In this document: positions 1 to 9,500 of the stretch, piece after piece
Position numbering within the stretch: position 1 is the stretch's first letter
Layout of the letters: every line of letters starts with the position of its first letter
DNA from: a virus
Direction: 5' to 3' (one strand)
DNA: 64,000 nucleotides
IMG/VR virus record: IMGVR_UViG_3300021197_000993
Location: 4,811 to 68,810 of that record
The notes under the pieces: model-generated
The model's input: only the letters and a program-made list of their open reading frames with translations
What the model was told of the DNA's origin: nothing
Database searches by the model: none
Position numbers and translations under genes: made by a program

Positions 1-1430
1 TCATCATAACTTGGGAGTTTGAATCCGTGTTCCTCTTCGCGAGTTTGTGCGAGTTGTCCAATTTGTTGACTTAGGTTGTGCATCTCATCTTCTTGAGGTG
101 TTCTCTTTGCTTCAAGTCGTGGCGTTCGTTGAATGTGCGGGTCGGGTCCGAAGTTGCCTCCTTCATGGCCGATTTCATGTTGGTCATGCATATACTCGCT
201 TGTGTCGCGCTTAGAGCGGTCGCGAGCAAAGTCATGGTGTCCTTGCATGGTTTCTCCACCAACCTTTGTTTGTGCGAATCGTGGCCTTTTCAACCCTTCA
301 CGATATTCGGAGGTGTTTTCATCATCTCGCATGTCCGGTCGCATGTTCAAGTCATCATCATTGTATTGCAACGAGTCTTCAAGCGCGCGTGCTTGTTGAG
401 CGTGGTTCATCACCGAGGGATGGACAGTATTTCCTTCCGAGTCGGTCATGTCGGGATTCGCTTTCAACAAAGCCCACGCCGCGTCCATGACATTTGTGCT
501 ATCGGAGGATGTGCGCTTGAGTCCATACATGTCGGCTTCAACCGCGTCCATGTCAGTCTCTTCGTGTTCCGAACCTGCCGAAGTTGGCGCGTAAGGATTG
601 GCCGCGCCGAATCCGTAAGTTTCACTTTCAACGCTACCCCTCGGTGCGCGCATAGTTGCACGCGGTGTTCTCCTTGTTTTTCCACTTGACGCGAACGGTA
701 AAGTGCTTGACGCTGTGGTCGCAGGTTCGTAGAACAAACTACCACGACCGCTAAACCTACCTGTTCTTGTGTGTGTGTCTTCGGGATATTCTCTCACTAT
801 GTCGGGGTCGTCTTCATAATCTTCACCCAATTCTTCATTCGGCTCCGGCTCGTAAAGAACATCATCGGGGTCTTCGGATTCGTTTCTTCGCTCTCCCCTT
901 GCCCCTCGCTGTTGTTGCCGCTCTTGGTTTCGTCCTTCATGCGCTCTTTCAGCAAGTTGGTCTATACGCTCTTGGAAATCCATGAATGGTCTATTTTGAA
1001 CTGACCCTCGGAACGCGGCAGGAGATACTTGTCTCCTTCTCAATAATGCCAGTAATCTTTCTTTTGGTCGTCCGTCTTCGTGAAAGGAGCCAGCGTTTTG
1101 TTGTTTCACACCACGCGCTCGTCGTATGGCCGCCATAATGTCAACATCGCCACCTTTGACTGCATCATTAAGCGACATGTTATGAGTATGCTCCATGTAT
1201 TTATTCATGAAATCTGCATCAACACCCGCGCGCTCCATGCGTTCATTGAGGAGATTAGGGTTATTTTCCATCTGTTCTTGAAATAATGCTTTGGTTGCGC
1301 GTTTTGTTTTATCCCCACCACCAATCCGTCGCGGACCACTTTTCTTGAGGTCGCCCTTCTTTTTCTTTGATGGTTTCCCAACACCAATAACGATGACCAT
1401 GCCGCCTTTTTTTGCTTTATTGCTCGCCAT
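1..1430 (-). CDS. Partial (runs off the left edge, >476 aa) hydrophilic low-complexity protein with an internal AWxxLK motif; probable internal virion protein
   Basis: Absent from the ORF track because it has no stop in the window. Hand translation from ATG 1430 (MASNKAKKGGMVIVIGVGKP...) stays open to base 1 and contains VMDAAWALLKA at ~459-491. Confidence 0.8.
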   Translation of the reverse strand, partial: MASNKAKKGGMVIVIGVGKPSKKKKGDLKKSGPRRIGGGDKTKRATKALFQEQMENNPNLLNERMERAGVDADFMNKYMEHTHNMSLNDAVKGGDVDIMAAIRRARGVKQQNAGSFHEDGRPKERLLALLRRRQVSPAAFRGSVQNRPFMDFQERIDQLAERAHEGRNQERQQQRGARGERRNESEDPDDVLYEPEPNEELGEDYEDDPDIVREYPEDTHTRTGRFSGRGSLFYEPATTASSTLPFASSGKTRRTPRATMRAPRGSVESETYGFGAANPYAPTSAGSEHEETDMDAVEADMYGLKRTSSDSTNVMDAAWALLKANPDMTDSEGNTVHPSVMNHAQQARALEDSLQYNDDDLNMRPDMRDDENTSEYREGLKRPRFAQTKVGGETMQGHHDFARDRSKRDTSEYMHDQHEIGHEGGNFGPDPHIQRTPRLEAKRTPQEDEMHNLSQQIGQLAQTREEEHGFKLPSYD

Positions 1431-1431
1431 T

Positions 1432-1626
1432 TTATTCAACTCCGTGTTGTTTGAACTTAGGATTCGCCAGTCTTGATTCGCGCCATAGCCGCGAGCAAAG
1501 CGGACACTCCCATATCAGCACACGCGTATCACGGTCATTAACATACCGCCCTTCAAGCCTTTGCGCGAGAACTGTCTCATGACAACCCGGACAAGTTTGA
1601 CTTAAGCGTTCTTTGAGTTTACCCAT
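1432..1626 (-). CDS. Small zinc-ribbon protein
   Basis: 64 aa with CPGC...WECPLC; abuts both neighbouring genes. Confidence 0.75.
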   Translation of the reverse strand: MGKLKERLSQTCPGCHETVLAQRLEGRYVNDRDTRVLIWECPLCSRLWRESRLANPKFKQHGVE

Positions 1627-1785
1627 TCACTTCATCCCCTTGCGTAATCCATCCCAACATGCTTGTTGCAATTCTTCTTCCGACTCAAAGATGATGAACG
1701 AATCCTTTGATTCAATCGTAGCCAACCACATCGTAATGAAGCCAGCGATAAACGCCATCAAAAACGCAACCCACAACGGTATCAT
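1627..1785 (-). CDS. Small single-pass membrane protein (52 aa)
   Basis: ATG at 1785 overlaps the fibre stop (ATGA). N-terminus MIPLWVAFLMAFIAGFITMWLA is hydrophobic. Confidence 0.6.
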   Translation of the reverse strand: MIPLWVAFLMAFIAGFITMWLATIESKDSFIIFESEEELQQACWDGLRKGMK

Positions 1786-4208
1786 GGTATCGGCCCTCCT
1801 AATGCGAAGAGTTGCGCCGCTAATCGTTGTATTGCTGTATCTAAATCGGCAGGGGGCGCGCCCACCCAATTACCCGCACCGGGACCGGGGTTGTATGGTT
1901 CAGCACCACCTTGTCCGGCTGGCAAAGCGGCGGCGGCCAAAACACCTTGAGCCGCAGTAGCATAGTCGGCGGAGTCAAATGCCTTGACTTGCGCGAGATT
2001 GGTCACTTCACTATCCATTAACGCTCCCGCGGCAGTGACATTGGCCGCATCGGTCACATCTGCACCGTCTTCAACATTGAGTAGGGTTAGCACTTCTGCT
2101 TTGGTGATACCCGAAGCAAACACAGGCGTTCCACTGTTATCTTCAATAGCGGGAGCCGCGCCACCACCACCGCCCGAAGCCGCGGCCCATTTGACACCGG
2201 ATGCCTCCGCGCTATCGGCTGTCAAGACATGGGTATTCGTTCCTACCGCCAAGCGCGTGAGAGTGTTGGCGGCGGTTGCTACGAAGATGTCGCCCTTGGC
2301 ATTAACATCGGTTTCCATAACCGCACCAGCGGCGTTGACATTGGTAGCGTCAGTGACATCCGCGCCCGTTTCAATACCGTTCAACTTCGTGTGGTCAGTA
2401 TCGGTGAACACATTGGAGTCAGTAGCCGCTTCAACAGCCGCGCGTATTTCAGCATTGGTTTGGTCTGCTGTCGCGCTTGCTTCAATACCGTCCAACTTAG
2501 TTTTGTCAGCACCCGACATAGAACCTGCCGCGCTTGTTGTAGCCGCGCTTATACCAATTGTCCCTGTGGTTGTTATTGTCCCTCCGGTGATTGGTGCGGT
2601 TGTTGCTACACTCGTTATTGTTCCTGTGCTTGCACCTGCGGTGATACCGTCCAACTTAGTTTTGTCTCCGTTGGCGAATGCTCCTTCGGATGGAGGTTGT
2701 TGCGCGCTGTCAGCCTTTGCGCCTTGTGCGGCTGTTGCGTAATCGGATGCGGCGAACGCCTTGACTTGAGCAAGGTTCGTGACTTCGCTGTCCATCAATG
2801 CTCCCGCGGCGGTGACATTTGCTGTGTCTGTCACATCTGCGTTGTCTTCAATGTTGAGAAGTGTTTGGACTTCTGCTTTGGTGATACCTGTGGTGAACGC
2901 TGGTGTCCCGCTGTTGTCGTAAATCGCGGCAATCGCACTTCCCGATATGATGGCCGATTGATAGTCGCATCGTATCCAAACACTTCCTTCGTAAATGAAG
3001 GTAGCGCGGTGAGTTGGCCCCACTGTTTCATTAGCACCACTCAAGTCATCAAAAATGATGTTCCCTAAGCCGTTGTTGCACACTTCAATGATGTGTCCTT
3101 CGGGGAACTTGTAGTTGGTTCCGTCCTTTTCGGGTTGAAGTGTGATGTCAACACCTGCATTTGGCGCAAGCATGAAGAAAGAATCACCGTCCGATGTGAT
3201 AACCCATGTGCCGTTTGTGGTTAGCGCGGTAGTGGTTGCGTCAACACCCATACCTTGCAGACGCACCGAGTAGTGTCCGGTCTGTTGATTGTTGCGCCCC
3301 GCGAAATAGAATGTGTCAGCGACATGCCCTGTTCCACGGTCTGCGCCGCGCGATGGTCCTTGACCATATCCGGGGTCGCTGGCTGACGGTGGCGTTTGAG
3401 CAAAGGAGCCGTAGCGCGGATGACTGACCCAATGCACATTGACTGTATCTGTGGTAGCGAGTTCACCGTTATCGTTGTGAATGGCGTTGAGGTGTGCTAT
3501 GTTATTGATACCATGCGCGCCTGTATCAACAATTTCACCACTCGCGATTGCGGCAAGCGACAGCGGCACACGGTAATCGGCTGTGCTTTCTATGAATACA
3601 CGCTTGTCATTGATTTCAACAATGTTGAGGTTGTTGCTCCCACCACCACTGGCTGTGTATTGAACACGGACATGCGCAAGCACAATGGCTTTGGCGTTAT
3701 CACCCAACGAGAGTGACTTGTAGTTGATGAGATATTGGTTGGACGCGGATGGGTAAAGACCGGTCGTTGTATCTGCGGGGCTTCCACCTTCGTAGTGAAC
3801 TTTGTTGTTGCCGCCACTTGGTGCGACATAGATAGTGTAGATGGCTTCTTGGTTGGCTGATAGGGCAAGCGCGCCACTACCATGTGAACCGCTGTTGAGG
3901 TCAAGCGTGATGGTGTTGCCAACACCACTCCCGAACTCATAAAGCGCGCCGTCAAGCACAAGGAAGCCACCACTTACAGTGAGCGTGCTTGAAGAAGCGC
4001 GCACCATTGAACCGGGTTGGTTGCCGCTGTTGGTTTCGTTGCGTGAAGAGTCAAAGGCCCCGTCTTGGTATCGGATGATTCCATTACCATGCACACCTTG
4101 AATCAAGTTCGTTAATGTCGCAGGTGATAATGAATCCCCATCTCGTAGTCCGTCTTCACCAAGTGTGTTCTGCGCGGCTGTATGTCCCGCGATGTTATCA
4201 GTTGCCAT
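1782..4208 (-). CDS. Tail fibre / receptor-binding protein (808 aa)
   Basis: G/S/T/A-rich, with DKTKLDGI/DHTKLNGI repeats and a KGDIFVATAANTLTRLAVGTNTHVLTADS...GVKW module typical of phage fibres. Lies at the end of the tail module, with GAGGTGA RBS. Confidence 0.75.
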   Translation of the reverse strand: MATDNIAGHTAAQNTLGEDGLRDGDSLSPATLTNLIQGVHGNGIIRYQDGAFDSSRNETNSGNQPGSMVRASSSTLTVSGGFLVLDGALYEFGSGVGNTITLDLNSGSHGSGALALSANQEAIYTIYVAPSGGNNKVHYEGGSPADTTTGLYPSASNQYLINYKSLSLGDNAKAIVLAHVRVQYTASGGGSNNLNIVEINDKRVFIESTADYRVPLSLAAIASGEIVDTGAHGINNIAHLNAIHNDNGELATTDTVNVHWVSHPRYGSFAQTPPSASDPGYGQGPSRGADRGTGHVADTFYFAGRNNQQTGHYSVRLQGMGVDATTTALTTNGTWVITSDGDSFFMLAPNAGVDITLQPEKDGTNYKFPEGHIIEVCNNGLGNIIFDDLSGANETVGPTHRATFIYEGSVWIRCDYQSAIISGSAIAAIYDNSGTPAFTTGITKAEVQTLLNIEDNADVTDTANVTAAGALMDSEVTNLAQVKAFAASDYATAAQGAKADSAQQPPSEGAFANGDKTKLDGITAGASTGTITSVATTAPITGGTITTTGTIGISAATTSAAGSMSGADKTKLDGIEASATADQTNAEIRAAVEAATDSNVFTDTDHTKLNGIETGADVTDATNVNAAGAVMETDVNAKGDIFVATAANTLTRLAVGTNTHVLTADSAEASGVKWAAASGGGGGAAPAIEDNSGTPVFASGITKAEVLTLLNVEDGADVTDAANVTAAGALMDSEVTNLAQVKAFDSADYATAAQGVLAAAALPAGQGGAEPYNPGPGAGNWVGAPPADLDTAIQRLAAQLFALGGPIP
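1944..2930 (-). repeat. Internal ~70-aa duplication in the tail fibre (copies ~2721-2930 and ~1944-2150, partial third copy near 2310-2400)
   Basis: DNSGTPxFxxGITKAEVxTLLNxEDxADVTDxANVTAAGALMDSEVTNLAQVKAFxxxDYATAAQG occurs twice. Confidence 0.9.
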
Positions 4209-4554
4209 CGTCTTTCACCTCTTCAAATCTGTCTCTCAATACGGGCTTCCGCACAACGATGTGTCGTCCCCCACCTTTCATTTTTATTGGAGTTCCTTCT
4301 ACATTTTGCACGCGCACCACACCGGGTCGCTCGTTTGGATTTGACTTAGACTGTGTTGCAAAACCGCGCGCCTCTTGTGGGTCGGTCGTGAAGAAGAGTC
4401 CGGGGCTTGGTGCTTGAGTGTTGTCGGGATAGCGCACGCGCCCTTTCGGTTGCAGTCCCTCTTGGTTGGCTTGATTCATGCGCGATGTGCCATGATACCA
4501 CGGTCCTTCGGGTGCTTTGAGCAAACGCCATGCTTTCTCCATCGGACTCATCAT
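4198..4554 (-). CDS. ADP-ribosyltransferase-fold-like small protein with N-terminal AWxxLK leader
   Basis: WYHGTS...EGLQP...GLFFTTDPQEARGFA resembles the H-G-T and aromatic-F-T-T-D strands of ART-fold domains. N-terminus is MMSPMEKAWRLLK. Confidence 0.6.
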   Translation of the reverse strand: MMSPMEKAWRLLKAPEGPWYHGTSRMNQANQEGLQPKGRVRYPDNTQAPSPGLFFTTDPQEARGFATQSKSNPNERPGVVRVQNVEGTPIKMKGGGRHIVVRKPVLRDRFEEVKDDGN

Positions 4555-4901
4555 GACACCTCCAAAATGAATGAGAAGCGCACTTCGTTTTCCGCGCTCT
4601 TTGTGAGTGAGTGGATGTCAGCACGATACACCGGAATGAACTCTCCGGTAGACGCGTCTTTGTATTGTAGGTAAACCTCTTGGATAGGGCTTGCGAAGAC
4701 ATGCGACGCGTTCAGCACGCCTTCAACGAGGATGCTGGTGTCGTCAATGATTTGCACACGAGGAACGACGCGCGCCATCGTGCGCGCACCACCGTCTTCG
4801 GATGTTGCAATGGTCCCGTCGCTACCAACATGCAACTCGTTGACAAGCGTTGCGAGGTGTTCAACCAAGCGTCTCTTGATAGCGTTGAGCATTGGCATCA
4901 A
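4551..4901 (-). CDS. Hypothetical virion (baseplate/fibre-attachment) protein
   Basis: 116 aa, beta-rich, coupled to both neighbours by ATGA overlaps. Confidence 0.6.
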   Translation of the reverse strand: MMPMLNAIKRRLVEHLATLVNELHVGSDGTIATSEDGGARTMARVVPRVQIIDDTSILVEGVLNASHVFASPIQEVYLQYKDASTGEFIPVYRADIHSLTKSAENEVRFSFILEVS

Positions 4902-6568
4902 ATCTTCCTCCGTATTCGTCGTCCCTTCGTTGTTCGCATTTCATGTGCGCGCGGTCGGAGCATACGCACCTCCGCCGCTGAACCGGGTATTGCGGCCCCA
5001 CTTACCAAACTTACGCCTGTGAATGTAGTGGCTGTTTTTCCACTATACGATACGAGCGATTGGTCAGCGATGATGAGATGGCCGCTTGAGTCAAAACCAT
5101 CGGTGCTGGCGACCGTGATAGCCCCTGCCGCATGTGTGCCGCTGATGCGCTTCGTGATACCGAAACCAAGAGCCGACCGTCCCGCGCCATATCCGCTGTT
5201 GCGGTGAGCCAAAAGGATGCCAGCGTGGATGTCCGAGCCTGTATTCAACGCGCTCGTTTTGGTTCTCGCCAACTTACCGATGACCGGTCGCACCAGTAAT
5301 ACACCGCGCACTTTCAACTGCGAACTACCAACACCACTCTTGTTTATGCTGACTACTTGCTGACTGCGGTCTGCTTCACCTTCTTCGTCATCCATATCTG
5401 CGCTGTCTCCGAAGGCGTTGACCACGGCTTCAAGACCAGCCTCGTATGAAAGCATTTGAAAGTTTGAAGTCCCATCGGATTTGTGTTCTAATTCAATAAT
5501 ACCTTGACGCACATCACCAGCAGGTGATTTGTAATTGACAACATCACCGGGTTCTATGTCCCACGATTGCGCGTGTAGATTTGATTGCAACGCACCTTGT
5601 GCTTTTTTGTTAAGGCGAAGCATTTGATTTGCGCTACTTCGTGCCTTCGTTTCATTGTTGACCGTGGGGTCTTTGACTTTCATTTGCTTGATTGAGCCTT
5701 GTCGCTTCTGCGCTTCTGCATCATCAACTTCAACGCTAATAGCATCGTTGAGTGCAATACCTGTTCCGCGCATTAGGATGCGATTAGCCACATCAGTAAT
5801 AGGGTCAACCTTCGTTTTACCGATTCCGCGCTGAACACCTAAATCTCGGTCTTTGATATTGAAAATCTTTGGCGCGTAGATGAAGTTCCCAAAGCGGTCG
5901 TAATACATGATGTAGTGGTCATGTCGCCCAAGGAAACGCACTGCTGTGGGTAAGACAGTAGAGTTGAAGTTTTGCGCGACAAAGAGCGTGCTGTTGCCTT
6001 TTGACTCAACGCTGTTCAATCCATGCAGTGCTTTCGTAAACAACTTTTCAACCAAATCTGTGCTACGCAAACCCACGCTTATTGTTTGTCCAGCGTAAAC
6101 ATGAGTCGTATCAACCATTTGAAAATCGGCCAAACTTCTACCCTTCATGTTGATAAGTTCAATTTGCGCGCCTTTGGATGCTGATGATATGCCTTGCGTT
6201 CTCAATCGTAGAGTTGGGTCGCGAGTATCAATCAACAAAACAGGACGGTTTGATGTCGCGCTCATTTGTTGACCATCAAAGTAAGGAGCGTCTTCATGCG
6301 TCGTATGCGCTAATCTTACAGAAGATTGAGTCTCACTGATTCGGTAGCGACGCGGATGAGTTGGTTGAAAATCTGCTTGGTTTGGTTTGCTTACTTGTGT
6401 CTTTTTGCTGTTGTCTTGAACTGTTTCGTAAACAACATGGTGAACAGCATTGTCTACAAATGTCGGCTCTTCGGCGATGGCTCCGATTTCATCGTGAAGT
6501 TCTTTTGCGCGTCCAAGACGCTGACCAACATAGGAAGCGTTTGCTGGCGTAGGGACGGCAAATGTCAT
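4898..6568 (-). CDS. Baseplate hub / tail-tip (Tal-like) protein
   Basis: 556 aa with YYDRFGNFIYAP, NRILMRG and WDIEPGDVVNY segments typical of hub proteins; downstream of the tape measure gene. Confidence 0.6.
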   Translation of the reverse strand: MTFAVPTPANASYVGQRLGRAKELHDEIGAIAEEPTFVDNAVHHVVYETVQDNSKKTQVSKPNQADFQPTHPRRYRISETQSSVRLAHTTHEDAPYFDGQQMSATSNRPVLLIDTRDPTLRLRTQGISSASKGAQIELINMKGRSLADFQMVDTTHVYAGQTISVGLRSTDLVEKLFTKALHGLNSVESKGNSTLFVAQNFNSTVLPTAVRFLGRHDHYIMYYDRFGNFIYAPKIFNIKDRDLGVQRGIGKTKVDPITDVANRILMRGTGIALNDAISVEVDDAEAQKRQGSIKQMKVKDPTVNNETKARSSANQMLRLNKKAQGALQSNLHAQSWDIEPGDVVNYKSPAGDVRQGIIELEHKSDGTSNFQMLSYEAGLEAVVNAFGDSADMDDEEGEADRSQQVVSINKSGVGSSQLKVRGVLLVRPVIGKLARTKTSALNTGSDIHAGILLAHRNSGYGAGRSALGFGITKRISGTHAAGAITVASTDGFDSSGHLIIADQSLVSYSGKTATTFTGVSLVSGAAIPGSAAEVRMLRPRAHEMRTTKGRRIRRKI

Positions 6569-9500
6569 GCTCCCAACCCCGTATTGTCAGTTCTATCTCC
6601 TTCCGAACTGTGGTTGCTCGTGTTGAGTTTGTCGCCAGCGAAAAGCGATTGTGTGTAGCGCGGTTGCACCGTATAGTCAAGACGAACAAAAGACTCATTC
6701 CCGTCGTTTACCGACTGCCTACGAGATGCGTCCCCACGGAAGTGTTGCAGTGTGTTATTGCTTACAATCATACGCGCCACAGGTTGTGTTGCCAGTGTTG
6801 TGAAATCACTCGCTTCACTACCGGGTATTTTTGGTCCAACGCTCGCAGGTGCGCTTGTTGATGCTCCACTTCCCGAAATCGTAAACAGATAAACAGGCGC
6901 GTAGGGAGGGTTGCTTGGTGTTGGATTGCTGTTGCGCATGTAAGAAGACGCTCCATCAGCGGCGCGTGCATTTGGTGCATCGTAAACAAATACGCCGTAG
7001 CGACCGGCGGCGGTAGCGGATAACACATGCGTCGTATCATCACGGAATAATTCAATGTGTTGGTTGTCAAGCACGCGAACTGGACGCACAAGGAACTTGA
7101 TGGTTGTGTCTTTGGTGTTGGTCTTGTAAGAAGTTGAGTCGTGGTTGCTGGTTTGATATGGGTTGGTTGTAATACCGGAAGACGCACCCCAATGATGGTC
7201 GCTGATGTTTTCGCCATCCGACGACACCTCCATGATGTAAGTCCCACCGATTGGAGGAATACCGTGTGTTGTTCCAAACTTCATCACTTGCTTGGCTGAT
7301 GAAAGGTTAAGCGTGTGTAGGTTGAGGTTGTCAACTGCGCGGTTTGCTGTGCTGACACCACCTGCAAGAATGAATCGTTGTCCAACTTGTCGGTCGGTGT
7401 GAACGCTTGTTGCTTCTGTGCTGGCAATGATATATCGTGGCGACATTTCTCCATTGTTTTCAACCACACTTGTCCCATCTATCCCAATACGCGGTTTTGA
7501 TTTTGCAATTGGTTCTTGCATAAAATTGAAGTTTGATTTTTCAACATTCGTTCCTACATTCGCTTCGCGCTTGAGTAGTCCGTCATCACCTGCAAGTTCT
7601 AATTTTGCGCTTATACCACGAGGAACTTCATGAGATTGCAATTGAACATTTGAAGGGCGCAAGAAACCACCCATAAACGGAGGTTCACTGGTGTGGTGCG
7701 ACAAGACCAAACCGAACGGGCGCATATCCTCCGAAACATCTTGGAGTATGTCTTCGTTGAAGTATGTTGGATAACGAACACCGCGCCCATCACCACGGTC
7801 GCCTACGCGCTTCGCCGTAGCAGGGTCAAAGAAGTTGACACTGGCTTCGGAAAACACCATACCTGTTATTGTTGAATACATTGATTCAGCAGACTTTGTT
7901 CTATCTGTCGCGCGGTATGCATCTTCGGGGTCCCACGATGGTCGGATACCAAAACCGCGCACAGGGAAACGACGAACCTCTTCACCGGTTGTGTTGCCCC
8001 ACCAATCAATCATGTAGTGCGCTTGAGCCAATGCGAGGTTTACCCGTTGGTCATCAACATCTGTTCCGGCTTTATGTCCAGCCGGGAGGTCTGCGTGGAA
8101 CTTACGAATTGCTGTGGTTGGGTTGCGGAAGTTCCGAACCGCGCAACCAAACCCTTTGGTCATACGACGACCATCGCTGTATCGCACTTGTTGAAACTTG
8201 AGGTCGCTACCGATTAGCGCGGATGCGTTGGTTTGTCGTTCAATAATACCGACATAGTTTGGGTTGGTGGTTGCTGTGCCTGTTGTGTTTGAACTGCCCG
8301 ATTGTTGATTGATGCGCGTTGTTCCGTTTTGACTGCTGATAAACGGTCCCTCCGCTTGGAAGTGGTAGTAGGTTTGAGAATCGCGCAAACCTTGATTTGA
8401 TTTGATAGCCCATCGTGGACGATTGTAGGGTTGACGAAGAGACACACGGTATCCCCAACCTGCTTGTTTATGTGCAGTCTTGGACAAAATTGTTTCTGTA
8501 ATTGTTTCTACATCACCGTTTGTGATGACAAGTCCATCTGCATCCGACACTTGCTTGATGATGTTGCTATCCCATTTATCGCGCCATCCGGGTGCGGCTG
8601 TGCCGTAGAGTGATAGTGAACTCATCTGCGCACCAAAACGATGACCACCCGGCCAAAACGCACCGAGGTTGTATTTGCGCGACTTTCCATCTACCCCTGC
8701 TTGATTGATAAGCGCGGCTACCGAATATGTGTCAGCGATTGAACCATCCACATTGCTCGGTGATTTCATTCGGAACTTGAAGGGACCATCGCTCATAGCG
8801 TAAGTAAACTCATGGTAGTGAATCATTTCAAAGTGTTCGGGTGCGTGGTTGTATGCTTTCTTGTCAACCGCGGGGTCATTCTTAGTTGCTCGGTCTGTTT
8901 GACTATCGGAGAACCATGTCATCGGGCGACCGAGGTTGTAATGCCATAGGCACAGATACGCGTCGGGTAAGTGTAGGCTGTTGGTATCTCGCGTTCCCGA
9001 TAGCAACTGTGGTAAATTGCGCGTAGCCACGCTTGCTTTAGAGTTGGTGTAAACTTCACCAGCACCAAGGTTGTTGTATTTTGATTTAAGTCGGACAGTT
9101 GCGTTTTGAACAGCCGCAGTCCAAAATCCACTTGTTATGGCCGCGACCGAGTTAAAGACGACAGGCCCATTCGCACCTACACCGCTGATGTATCCTCGGT
9201 CTTCGTATGATGCTGTTTGCTCTACCCCATTATCATCAACAATAACAAGATATTGCGCGTAGTAGTCTGCCCCAGCAACAGGGAACAAATTGTTGTTGCG
9301 CACATACAGTTTGTTGTTCCCTTGGTCCGCATGTTCAACATTTGCGACAGGCGTAAGCGATGTAAGGTAGTCTGTGTAAACATCAAGATAATGAGACGGG
9401 TATCCAAGCATCGTGGTTTGTGTTCCGACAGCACCAAGCGTAGAGCGACAGAACAAGTAGTAATCGTCGGGATGATACAATTGAGAACCTTTCCACGGTG

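Noticed and set aside
1944-2930. Fibre duplication as a diversity-generating retroelement TR/VR pair
   Set aside because: Both copies are in frame in one gene, differences are mostly synonymous and not adenine-specific, and no reverse transcriptase is in the window.
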